A DNA stretch of 62,166 nucleotides, counting the filler, from Thermodesulfobacteriota bacterium (lineage in GTDB: Bacteria > DASVDK01): assembly GCA_036381125.1 (NCBI GenBank). It is 5 parts of 5 records of this genome, joined end to end, with 100 filler letters (N's around TTAATTAATTAA, not from the genome) between each part and the next. Parts side by side here need not be neighbours in the genome. Positions count along the whole stretch, not along the records: positions 37,272 to 51,555 come from DASVDK010000288.1; positions 51,656 to 56,917 come from DASVDK010000294.1; 3 more parts are not named here. One strand, given 5' to 3'. Numbering within the stretch: the stretch's first letter is position 1; every line of letters begins with the position of its first letter. Under the pieces are notes generated by a model, which made no database searches, was not told the origin of the DNA, and saw nothing but the letters and a program-made list of their open reading frames with translations. The translations under genes and the position numbers were made by a program. Positions 43,044 through 52,496 of this stretch are shown here, piece after piece.

Positions 43044-44728
43044 TCCGACGTCGGCCTCCCGGCCGCCCCCTCGTGGACGATCCGCCCGCCGACCATCGTG
43101 AGGTCCACCCGCAGGTCCTTGATCGCGTCCTCGGGACAGGTGAGCGGGTTGCCGTCGAGGACGACCAGGTCGGCGTCCTTGCCCGGCTCGATCGAGCCGC
43201 GCCGGTCCTCGCTCCAGGTAAGGAGGTGCCCCGTCTGTGCCGTCAGCCGGAGCGCCTCCTCGCGACCGAGCCGGCTCTCGCCGAGGCGGCGCCTCGAGTC
43301 GCCGTCCCATCGGACGAGCGCCTCCCACATGGTCCAGAGCATCGGCACCGGCACCCCGTCGGTGCCGAGCGCGACCGGGACGCCGGCGTCGAGAAGCTCG
43401 CGGATCGGCACCCCCTGCTGGCCGAGCCCGTCGAGCCCGTACCGGTCGCTCGCGAGGTAGAGGAAGCCCGGGACGACCGTCGCGATCACGCCGAGGCGCT
43501 TCATCCGGCGAAGCTGGTCCGGCGTCGCCTGGTTCACGTGGATCATCACCCAGCGCCGATCGCGGATCGGGACCTCCCGGTCGATCGCCTCGTACGCCGA
43601 GAGCGCGTACTCGAGGTCTCGGCTCACGATGCAGCTCACCCGCAGGCCGAGGCGCGCCGCCTCGAGCCCCAGTCGGATGAACCGTCCGTGGTCCATCGCC
43701 TGGTAGAAGTGGCCGGCCCACTGCTCGTAGGGGTAGCCCGAGGCGACGAGCGCCCCGACCCGCGGGTCGGCCACGCCGCCGAAGGTGACCCCCTCGACCC
43801 GCAAGAAGTCGTCGCCGATGCCTTCCTCGCTCGCGAGGCCGGCGTAGTGGTAGAGGAGGTCCGCCAGCCGCGCCTCGTCGAAGACCGCGCTCGGCAGGCT
43901 CACCGGCGTGTGCATCCGGAGCGTCAGCTCGCCCCTCGCCTGCACCGTCCGGTAGGCGCGGATCACCGCCGGGGTGAGGGCGTGCCCCTCGAAGACGGCC
44001 GTCGTGCCGGCGGCCGTGAAGGTGCGCACCCCCTGCCGGACCCCCTCGACCCGGTCCTCCTGGGTGAACCGGGGGAGCATCCGGAAGAGCGTGTACTCGA
44101 GCACCGGGACGTAGTTCCGCTCGAGGAAGACGCCGGTCGGCTCCCCCCGGGCGTCGCGCACGATCTCCACGTTGTGCGGGGCGGCCGTGTCGCGCGTGAC
44201 GCCGGCCCGGGCAAGCGCCTGCGAGTTGGCGACCGAGGGGAAGGGGCGGTGACTCCACCAGCCCCAGACCGCGCGGATGTAGACCGGATTGTCGGGGGCC
44301 GCGGCATCGAGGTCGTGTCGGGTCGGGAAGCGCCCCTCCTCGAGCTCCTCCGGGCGGCTCACGTAGTCGTGCGGCGGGCTCCCCATCGGCATGAGGACGA
44401 TCCACTCGCCCGGCTTCGCCGTGCGCGCCGCCTCGCGGACCACCTCGACGATCGCCTCGACCGAGCGGAGGCCCTCGATCGGGATGCCGCCGCGCGTCTT
44501 GAGCCCCTCGCGGTCGACGTGGGGATGGGCGTCGAAGAGGCCCGGCACGATCGTGCGGCCGCCGAGGTCGATCCGGCGCGTGTTCGGGCCGGCGTGCGCC
44601 TCGAGCGCCGCCGTGGGGCCCACCGCGAGGATCCGCCCGCCGCGGACCGCCACCGCCTCGGCAATCGTCGAGGCGCGATCGAGCGTCACGATGCTGCCGC
44701 CGTGAAGGATCAGGTCCGCTTCGGCCAT
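43040..44728 (-). CDS. amidohydrolase family 3 (YtcJ-like)
   Basis: DLGGRTIVPGLFDAHPH, GEPTG, ALGTD, GSIEPGKDADLVVL. Confidence 0.9.
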   Translation of the reverse strand: MAEADLILHGGSIVTLDRASTIAEAVAVRGGRILAVGPTAALEAHAGPNTRRIDLGGRTIVPGLFDAHPHVDREGLKTRGGIPIEGLRSVEAIVEVVREAARTAKPGEWIVLMPMGSPPHDYVSRPEELEEGRFPTRHDLDAAAPDNPVYIRAVWGWWSHRPFPSVANSQALARAGVTRDTAAPHNVEIVRDARGEPTGVFLERNYVPVLEYTLFRMLPRFTQEDRVEGVRQGVRTFTAAGTTAVFEGHALTPAVIRAYRTVQARGELTLRMHTPVSLPSAVFDEARLADLLYHYAGLASEEGIGDDFLRVEGVTFGGVADPRVGALVASGYPYEQWAGHFYQAMDHGRFIRLGLEAARLGLRVSCIVSRDLEYALSAYEAIDREVPIRDRRWVMIHVNQATPDQLRRMKRLGVIATVVPGFLYLASDRYGLDGLGQQGVPIRELLDAGVPVALGTDGVPVPMLWTMWEALVRWDGDSRRRLGESRLGREEALRLTAQTGHLLTWSEDRRGSIEPGKDADLVVLDGNPLTCPEDAIKDLRVDLTMVGGRIVHEGAAGRPTSD

Positions 44729-44744
44729 CGGCCCCCCTGGATCG

Positions 44745-44774
44745 AGCCTATTCGGGGCGTGCACGTCGAGTCAA
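44745..44774 (-). promoter_or_regulatory. sigma70-type promoter
   Basis: TTGACT-N18-TAGGCT. Confidence 0.5.
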
Positions 44775-45099
44775 GGGGACGCGGCACGGAGTCCGTGGAA
44801 GCACGCTGCCTGGTCTGCTGGCGTACACCCCGATGCGCCGCCCGGGGCCGGTCGCGACGACGAGGCTTGCACGACGTGCCTGCTCCAGGCAGCAGCCGGC
44901 TTGCTGTATCAGCGTGGTCCACACCGACACGGCCCATCTCCGTCCTGGCCGTCACGCTCTTCGAGGTCGCGCCGCCAGTCCGGCGGCGGCCCGAAGCATC
45001 GAGCGACGTTACGCTTGTGCGGCCGCGCCGCTTCGTGCAAGCGGCCTGGGGTCGAGAGAACGCGGAGCAGCAGGTCGAGCGTTCGCTCGGCTTCCTGGG

Positions 45100-46593
45100 T
45101 CAGCCACGGGCCTTATCCCTCCGCCGCCCGAGCTTCATGATCACGGGGGCCAGCAAGGACAGGATCGTCAGGACCCAGAGGGTGATCGTGATCGGGCTGC
45201 CGAAGAACAGCCCGTAGCCGCCGATCCGGACGGTCTGGAGAAAGCAGGTCTCCAACAGGGACCCGAGGATGAAGGCGAGCAGGAACGCCGGGATCGGGTA
45301 CCCGCCGACCTTCATGGCGACGCCGAGCAGGCCGAAGACGACCATGACGAGAATGTCGAAGCCGAGGAAGCGCCAGGCGAAGGCACCGGTGAACAGCAGC
45401 ACCCCGACGATGGGGACGAGGATCCTGGTCGGCAGGAACGCGACCGCGCGGAACGAGCGCGCGGCCGGGAGTCCCACGAGGGCGATGAGGGCCGAGGCGA
45501 TGAAGAGGGAGAACAAGATGGTGTACGCCTCGGTCTGGAAGTTGAGGAAGAAGCGGGGGCCCGGCCGGACGCCGTGGAGGACGAGTGCGGCGAGCATGAC
45601 GGTGGCCGAGGCGCTGCCGGGCAGGCCGAGCGTCAGGAGCGGGACCACGGCGCCGGCGGCGACCGCGTTGTTGGCCGAATCGGTGGCGACGAGCCCATCG
45701 GGGTGACCGGTACCGAACTTCTCCGGTTCCCTGGACCACTGCCGCGCCTGGCCGTAGGCGACGAAGGAGCCGATGGTGGCGCCGGCACCGGGGATGATGC
45801 CGATGATAGTCCCGATGATGCTCGAGCGCAGCAGGGTGACGCGGTGCCGGAGGCACTCCCGAACGCCGCGGAAGATTTCCCCCTTCCCTCTGACGGACTC
45901 GCCACTGGCGACTGCCTGCTCCCGCATGAGGAAGAGGACCTCGGAGAAGCCGAAGAGACCGAGGAGAACCGGGATCAGCGGTACGCCGTCGTAGAGATGG
46001 AGGATCCCGAAGGTCCCTCGCTCGAAGGCGGTCATCCCGTCGGCGCCGACCATCGCGATCAGGACACCAAAGGCGGAAGCGAGAAGCCCCTTCCAGATGT
46101 CGTCGCCCGTGAGCGAGCTGACGACGGTGAGGCCGAAGACGGCGATCATGAACATCTCGGCCGGGCCGAACCTGAGGGCAAAGGCGCCGATGATCGGCGA
46201 CAGGACGATGGCGGCGACGGACCCGAAGACCGCCCCGAAGGTGGAGGCGGCGAACGAGATGCCGAGGGCGAGCCCCGCCTGGCCGCGCCTGGCCATCGGG
46301 TATCCCTCGAGGGTACTTGCCGCGGTGCCGGGAGTGCCCGGGACGTTGATCAGGATCGCCGGTATCGACCCGGCGGCCTGGGCGCCGAAGTAGAGCGCCG
46401 ACATGGCGACGATGGCGGTCATGGCGTCCAGGAAGAGCGTGAAGGGGAGGAGGATCGCCATGAGGTTCGCGTCGTTGAAACCGGGGATCGCCCCCACGAT
46501 GAAGCCGAGCGCGAACCCGACGAGCAGGCTGGCGAGAACGTGGAGCTGGAAGAGGTTCTGGAGGCCGGCGGCGACGGCGTCGAGATCGTACAC
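45100..46593 (-). CDS. tctA: tripartite tricarboxylate transporter large permease
   Basis: GAIPG, INVPGTPG, GYPMARRG, DSANNA, LTLGLPGS. Confidence 0.92.
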   Translation of the reverse strand: MYDLDAVAAGLQNLFQLHVLASLLVGFALGFIVGAIPGFNDANLMAILLPFTLFLDAMTAIVAMSALYFGAQAAGSIPAILINVPGTPGTAASTLEGYPMARRGQAGLALGISFAASTFGAVFGSVAAIVLSPIIGAFALRFGPAEMFMIAVFGLTVVSSLTGDDIWKGLLASAFGVLIAMVGADGMTAFERGTFGILHLYDGVPLIPVLLGLFGFSEVLFLMREQAVASGESVRGKGEIFRGVRECLRHRVTLLRSSIIGTIIGIIPGAGATIGSFVAYGQARQWSREPEKFGTGHPDGLVATDSANNAVAAGAVVPLLTLGLPGSASATVMLAALVLHGVRPGPRFFLNFQTEAYTILFSLFIASALIALVGLPAARSFRAVAFLPTRILVPIVGVLLFTGAFAWRFLGFDILVMVVFGLLGVAMKVGGYPIPAFLLAFILGSLLETCFLQTVRIGGYGLFFGSPITITLWVLTILSLLAPVIMKLGRRRDKARG

Positions 46594-46654
46594 GGTCAGC
46601 TCCCTCGGCTCATTGGGGTGGGCGTCTGCGCGGCGGCCTCCGGTCCGAAGCCGG

Positions 46655-47107
46655 TTACCGGAAGAGCCACCCCTCCGGGACGTTGAACTGCATGAGCGAC
46701 GCGGTGACGTAGAGGACCACGACCGAGCCGAGCGTCAGCAGGACGGTCGATCGCAGGCCGACACCCGCGATGGGGAAGGCGCAGGCCAGGAAGAGGGCAT
46801 TCGCGATGTGAAAGCCGAGCAACTCGAACGCGAAGTAGTAGCCGATGGAGAGCCCCACGATCGCGATCTGCCGCCAGCCGGCGCGGGCGGCACCCAGGAT
46901 CCAGGACGCCGCCGGTGCGCCGCCAGGGGGAGGCTCTCGGCGCAACGCGGTTAGCGCAACGGCGCCGACGAGCGCGAGGAGCAGAACCAGTACACCCTGC
47001 GGCACGACGCGAGCGGCCCGAGGCGCTCCCTCGAGCTGAAGCCAGTACGACACGACGGCCAGAAGGACCGTCAGCGGAAAGATCAGATCCTTCGTGCGGG
47101 CACTCAT
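46655..47107 (-). CDS. tctB: tripartite tricarboxylate transporter small permease
   Basis: 4-5 TM segments, LLGF, C-terminal VPEG; lies between tctC and tctA. Confidence 0.8.
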   Translation of the reverse strand: MSARTKDLIFPLTVLLAVVSYWLQLEGAPRAARVVPQGVLVLLLALVGAVALTALRREPPPGGAPAASWILGAARAGWRQIAIVGLSIGYYFAFELLGFHIANALFLACAFPIAGVGLRSTVLLTLGSVVVLYVTASLMQFNVPEGWLFR

Positions 47108-47172
47108 GGCGATCCCTGGAAGAAAGGGCGTGCGGCGGGTGCCAGGCCCGCCGCACGCTGCAAGACCGGACC

Positions 47173-48201
47173 CTACATCGACTGCAGGTCCTTCTCCATC
47201 GCCGGCCGGTACGTCTCGAGCAGCGCCAGGTAGTCCTTCATGAACGCGTCGCACTCCTCTGGGCTCATGTACTTGAGGAACGGCGTGAGGTCCTGGGCAT
47301 CGGCCGCCTTCCGGAACTCCTCGCTCCGGTGCATGACCTTCATCGAGTCGACGAGCTTCCGGTAGTTCTCCGGGTGCTCCTTCTTGACGGCCGCACTCAC
47401 GAGGAACAGGTACGGCTCCGACAGGTTCGGGATCTTGACGTCGAGCACCTTGTTGGCGGGGACCGGGGTCCAGAGGTGCGGCGCCGGGTTGGAGTCCTGG
47501 AGGATGCCGATGCCCTTGGTCAGCTCGAGGACGTGGAGGGCCGACCAGTACGGTGCGAGGCAGGCGGTGACGTGACCTCCGGCGACGGCGTTGCGCGCGG
47601 CCGACCCTCCCTGGAAGGAGACGACCTTGAGGTTCGCGCCGGTCAGCTCGCGCAGGACCACGGTCGCGGCGTGCGCCGCCGACATGGGGGTCGACACGCT
47701 CACCGTGAAGGGGGTCTTGGTCTTGCGCGCGTCGTCGATGAACTCGTCGATCGTGTTCCACTTCGCGTCCTTCTTGACGAGGAGCACGTTCGGGTCGTCG
47801 AAGTAGGCTCCGATGAACGCGATGTCCTCGGGCGTGTAGCCCTTCGCGCGCTTCAACTCGAAGATCCACGCGACGTGCGGTGCCGGGACGGCGTTGATCA
47901 CGTGGCCGTCCGGCCTGGCCTTCAACGTGTGAACGAGCGCGATGACCGCGCCGGCACCCGGCATGTTCGTGAACTTGAACGGGTACGGCGAGCCGAGCGC
48001 CTTCGCCCACGCGGGGCCGACCAGCCGGGCGGAGCGGTCGGTGCCGCCACCGGGGTCGAACCCGATGACCACCTCGATCGATTTCGACGGGAAAGCCGCG
48101 CCATGAGCTCGGGAGACGATGCCCGACGCTGCCAGACCGAACACTGCGGCACCGGCACCTTTGAGAGCAGACCGGCGAGTGATGCCGTGGCTGTGCTGCA
48201 T
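47173..48201 (-). CDS. tctC: TctC/Bug substrate-binding protein with Tat signal
   Basis: ITRRSALKG; FPSKSIEVVIGFDPGGGTDRSAR, NMPGAG, FQGGS. Confidence 0.88.
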   Translation of the reverse strand: MQHSHGITRRSALKGAGAAVFGLAASGIVSRAHGAAFPSKSIEVVIGFDPGGGTDRSARLVGPAWAKALGSPYPFKFTNMPGAGAVIALVHTLKARPDGHVINAVPAPHVAWIFELKRAKGYTPEDIAFIGAYFDDPNVLLVKKDAKWNTIDEFIDDARKTKTPFTVSVSTPMSAAHAATVVLRELTGANLKVVSFQGGSAARNAVAGGHVTACLAPYWSALHVLELTKGIGILQDSNPAPHLWTPVPANKVLDVKIPNLSEPYLFLVSAAVKKEHPENYRKLVDSMKVMHRSEEFRKAADAQDLTPFLKYMSPEECDAFMKDYLALLETYRPAMEKDLQSM

Positions 48202-48248
48202 ATCAGCTCTCCTCCTGTTCCGAGCGTGAAGACGGGACCGCCGTCGCA

Positions 48249-49619
48249 CTACGAGGCGGCCGGCGGCGCGATCGCGGCGTTCTCGATCCAGACCGCCCGC
48301 GCAGCGAGCGCGTCGTCCGCATGGGCGTACCCCATGAGCTGCAGCCCGACCGGGAGCCCCTCGACCTGCATCAGCGGGAGGCTGAAGCAAGGGAAGCCGA
48401 GCCAGGACCAGTAAATGAGGAACGTCCGACTTCCGGTGAAGTCCAGGCCTCGCGGCGCCGGCCCCGACGCCGCGAGAGTCACGAACCCGTCGGCCCTGTC
48501 GGCAAGCTCCATGACCTTCGCCTGGACGCGCCGCCGGACGTCGAGGAGGCGCCGGTAGTCGTCCTGGGTGATCTCGGCCGCTCGCGCGACCAGGCCACGG
48601 ATCCGCGGGCCCAGCGCCTCGCCGTGGCGCTCCACGTACTCGGCGTACGGCCAGCGCATCTCGTAGGCGAGGATGTCGGCCGAGGTGTCGACGTGCTCGT
48701 CGAGCAGCGCCTCGAGGTCGGCCAGCTCGCGGTCCGTCGAGCGGTCGACGATCTCGACACCGGCCGCCCGCAGACGCCCCGCCACCTCTTCGAACGCGGC
48801 GCGCGTCGCGTCGTCGAGTTCTGCCTCCTGCCAGCCTTTCGTATACAGCCTGACCAGCCGTTTCGGCGGCACGGCGGCCGGAAGTTCGTGGCCGCGCCCC
48901 GGTAGGCCCGGCGATCCGGGCGTCCCGCCGACGTCGGCCATCTGCCGCGCGACGGCCCAGACGTCGGCGAGGCTCGCCCCGAGGACGCCCAGGTGGTCGA
49001 GAGTCGTCGACAGCGGGTGCATCCCGCCCGTCGGCAGCGCGCCGAGCGTCGGCTTGAAGCCGTGGATCCCGCAGTACGACGCCGGCCGGATCGTCGAGCC
49101 GTTGGTCTGCGAGCCGAGCGCGACCGAGGCCATTCCCGCGCCGACCGCCGCCGCCGATCCGCTCGACGAGCCGCCAGGCGTCCGCGACGGGTCGAGCGGG
49201 TTCAGGGTCGGCCCCGATCGACCGATCGCGAACTCGGTCGTCACCGTCTTGCCGAGGACCACCGCCCCGCCGAGACGCAGCGCCCTGACGCACGCGGCGT
49301 CCCGGCCCGGGCGCCAACCGGCGTACACCGGGCTGTTCATCTGCGTCGGCATGTCGGCGGTCTCGATGATGTCCTTGACGCCGACGGGGCATCCGTCGAT
49401 GGGGGACAGCGGCCGCCCGTCGCGATAGCGCTTGGTCGAGGCGTCCGCGGCGGCGCGCGCGCCGTCGAGATCCAGGACGACGAACGCCTTGAGCTCCCCT
49501 TCGCGCGTCTCGATCGTCTCGATACAGCGCTCGAGAAAGGCCCTCGGCGTATCGCGGCCCTCCCTGAATGCTGCGACGGATGCGGTGAACGGAGCGAGAC
49601 GCCTGGCGTGCCTGAACAT
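48249..49619 (-). CDS. amidase signature family enzyme
   Basis: GVKDII, GKTVTTEFA, TPGGSSSGSAAAV, SQTNGSTIRPASYCG. Confidence 0.92.
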   Translation of the reverse strand: MFRHARRLAPFTASVAAFREGRDTPRAFLERCIETIETREGELKAFVVLDLDGARAAADASTKRYRDGRPLSPIDGCPVGVKDIIETADMPTQMNSPVYAGWRPGRDAACVRALRLGGAVVLGKTVTTEFAIGRSGPTLNPLDPSRTPGGSSSGSAAAVGAGMASVALGSQTNGSTIRPASYCGIHGFKPTLGALPTGGMHPLSTTLDHLGVLGASLADVWAVARQMADVGGTPGSPGLPGRGHELPAAVPPKRLVRLYTKGWQEAELDDATRAAFEEVAGRLRAAGVEIVDRSTDRELADLEALLDEHVDTSADILAYEMRWPYAEYVERHGEALGPRIRGLVARAAEITQDDYRRLLDVRRRVQAKVMELADRADGFVTLAASGPAPRGLDFTGSRTFLIYWSWLGFPCFSLPLMQVEGLPVGLQLMGYAHADDALAARAVWIENAAIAPPAAS

Positions 49620-49821
49620 CCACGACTCCCGCGGCAGGTCCGATGGCTCTGTCGATTGTCTCCGGGCGCCTGTCGGCGAGCCCTACGGCGGACGCCCCGA
49701 CTCGATCTGGTCGACTCCCGTCGCGCCGACCGGAGAGCCCGGTTGACGCGATGCGTCATCACCAGACGTGCGTGCTTGTGGTTCGGGGACGTCGCGGAAC
49801 CGCGCCGCCACTGGTGCGTCT

Positions 49822-49850
49822 ACGCTATGGGTTCGCTGCACGACTGTCAA
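49822..49850 (-). promoter_or_regulatory. sigma70-type promoter of amidase-tctCBA
   Basis: TTGACA-N17-TAGCGT. Confidence 0.55.
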
Positions 49851-50033
49851 GTCGGCTCAAGTGAGCAGCTATCGCCGCCGTAGCGTCGGATGCACGCGGG
49901 GGTCGTCGAGAGCTGCCCGGCGTCGTGACGCGCGTTCGCCGCGGGCGACGCTCGCTCGGGCGTTCCGGCCCCGGACTTCCCGAAGGCGAAGAGCGGCCAG
50001 CGGAGCCGGCTCGACGAGCCGGCCGCCGACGCG

Positions 50034-50261
50034 GTGCGTCTACCAACCCCCGGAGCCGCCTACCCCATCTTCACTGCGGGCGAGCGCGCCTGCCCGCTCG
50101 AGGACTGTGGCGGGGCGCACAGGTATTTCGAACTCCTCGAGATCCCGAGTGATCCGACTCACGAGGAGCGCGACGAGGTGGTCACCTGGACCGGCGGCGC
50201 CTTCGATCCGGAGGCGTTCGACCTGTCGGCCGCGAACGCGAGGCTACGCGGCGTGCGTTGA
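50034..50261 (+). pseudogene. C-terminal remnant of a plasmid pRiA4b ORF-3-like protein
   Basis: YP..TAGERACPLEDCGG..Y...FDPEAFDL..N.RL; N-terminal part absent. Confidence 0.7.
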
Positions 50262-50362
50262 GGCGGCGGCACGCGGGACGCGGACGAGGCGATGTACGCT
50301 TCGCGAGGTGGGAGCGCCGCAGGTTTCGCGAACGGCAGTGCCCGACATGCCTGACCGCGTCG

Positions 50363-50823
50363 TCACTGCCCGGGCTCGAGCTGGGCGTGCCTCCTGATGA
50401 TCGACGATCGCCGCGACCGACACCACTGGAAGTCGTTCTGCCTGAGGAAGATCGCGTTCTGAGCGCGCGGGCCGATCGAACCGAGGTTCTTGAGGTTCGG
50501 CAGATTCGCGGCACGCCACGCAGCGACCGGCGTGTCGATCATGAGGGCGTGGGCGCGTCCGCTGCGAACGGCGGTCAACATGTCCGCCTCCGAGTCGAGG
50601 ATCAGCGGCCTGGCCTTCGGCAGGTCCTCCTTCATGAGCTTGATCTCGCTCGGCGTGTTGAGGATGGCGATCGTGTACTTCGGGTCGTTCAACTCGCTCG
50701 CGCTCTCGACCGCCACGTCGGACCGAGCGAGCAGGCTCAGGCCTGCGCGAACGTACCCGCGCGTGAAGTTCACCCAGCCACGGTCAGCGTGGAGAGGTGC
50801 CGGGTAAGACGTCGCTTCGACAT
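50363..50823 (-). pseudogene. deleted/frameshifted amino-acid ABC substrate-binding protein
   Basis: RBS GGGAGG and MSKRRLTRH leader out of frame with VNFTRGY...AVRSGRAHA...FLRQNDFQW. Confidence 0.65.
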
Positions 50824-50867
50824 GGCTTCATCCTCCCTGTTCGATACGCTGCGGCGAGCCGAGCGCA

Positions 50868-51555
50868 TCACTCCCATGCGACGAGGCTTCGAAGGGCGTC
50901 GCCCGTGAGACCCGCGCTGAGCCCGACGGCCAGGGCGACGCGGGCCTTCGGGCCCCTGAGGTTCGAGAAGAGCGCTCCCGCCTCGAGAAGGTCGCGTTCG
51001 TCGCCGTCCACGCGGATCGGCAGCCCGTAGTGGTCGCGGAGGAGCCCCCCGGACGGGCATCGCGACGTGACGACGATGGTCACGCCGTCCCGAACCGCGT
51101 CGCCGATGGCCGGCATGAGCCCCGGCGAGACCTGTCCCGACCCGAGCGCCTCGAGGACGACGCCCCGATAGCCGGCGGCGACGAGCGCCCGGAGCGGGGC
51201 GTCGCTCGAATCCGCGTAGCACTTGAGGCCCTCGACCTTCGCGGACATCACCGTCACTGGCACGGTCGGGCCGGGTGAGATCCGGCGGCGATAGACGACC
51301 CGTGTCTCCTCTATCGCGCCGAGAGGCCCGTAATCGAGGCTCTTGAAGGCGTCGAGTCCCATGCTATGCGCCTTCGTGACCTCGCGCGCCGCGTGGATGC
51401 CGGCGGACATCACGACGACGACTCCTTGCGACGCGCTCTCGGCCGATGCGGCGGTCAGCAACGCGTGGAGGAGGTTCATCGGCCCGTCGGCCCCCGGGAG
51501 GCCCGGTGGCAGCATGGCGCCGGTGACGACGATGGGCTTCCCGCGTGGAACGACG
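50868..51555 (-). CDS. L-asparaginase family protein (5' truncated)
   Basis: KPIVVTGAM, DGPMNL, EVTKAHS, GVVLEALGSG, SRCPSG, PKARVAL. Confidence 0.9.
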
Positions 51556-51655
51556 NNNNNNNNNNNNNNNNNNNNNNNNNNNNNNNNNNNNNNNNNNNNT
51601 TAATTAATTAANNNNNNNNNNNNNNNNNNNNNNNNNNNNNNNNNNNNNNNNNNNN
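51556..51655. other. artificial contig linker
   Basis: N-run with TTAATTAATTAA. Confidence 0.99.
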
Positions 51656-52483
51656 GAGGAGGCCGGACTCCTCGTAGAGGAGCCGCTCGAGGTCTCGAGC
51701 CGTCATGCCGTGCCGGTCCATCAGGTAGAGCAGGACGCCCGGGTCGAGCGAGCCGCATCGCGTGCCCATGACCAGGCCGTCCAGGGCGGTGAAGCCCATC
51801 GTCGTCGCCACGCTGGCGCCGTCCCGAATGGCGCAGAGGCTCGCGCCGTTGCCGAGGTGCGCGACCACGACGCGCCCGCCCGCCGCCTCGGGCGCAACCG
51901 ACGGCAGGGCGAAGGTCACGTACTCGTACGAGAGGCCGTGGAAGCCGTAGCGGCGGATGCCCTCGGCCGCGTACGCGCGCGGGAGCGCGAAGGCCCTGGC
52001 GACGGGAGGCTGGGTGACGTGGAAGGCCGTGTCGAAGCAGGCCACCTGCGGCACGCCGGGGAGCGCCGAGCGGATGGCCCGGATCGCCTCGGTCTGGTAG
52101 GGCTGGTGGAGCGGCGCGAGCGGGACGAGGCGCTCGAGGTCCTCGAGGACGGCGTCGTCCACGAGGACCGGCTGCGCGTAGGACTCGCCGCCGTGGACGA
52201 TCCGGTGGCCCACCGCGATCGGCGCCGCGCCGTCGGTGTGCGCGCGGAGCCAGGCGACCACCTCGGCGATGGCGCCGGGGTGGCCGCGCGGCATGCCGGC
52301 GCTCACCGGGCGGTCGACGAGCGTCCGGCCCGCCGGGTCGGCGACGGCGAAACGCGGCCGGCCCCCGATCCCCTCCACCTGCCCCTGCTCCGCCTGTGCG
52401 AGCGTCCCGTCGGGCCCGACGCCGAAGACGCCGAACTTGACGCTCGAGGAGCCCGCGTTGACGACGAGGACCACCTGCGCCAC
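51656..52483 (-). CDS. ackA: acetate kinase (3' truncated)
   Basis: NAGSSSVK, GHRIVHGG, APLH, FDTAFH, YGFHGLSY, HLGNGAS, MGTRCG. Confidence 0.95.
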
Positions 52484-52496
52484 GGCCGGCCCTGAG

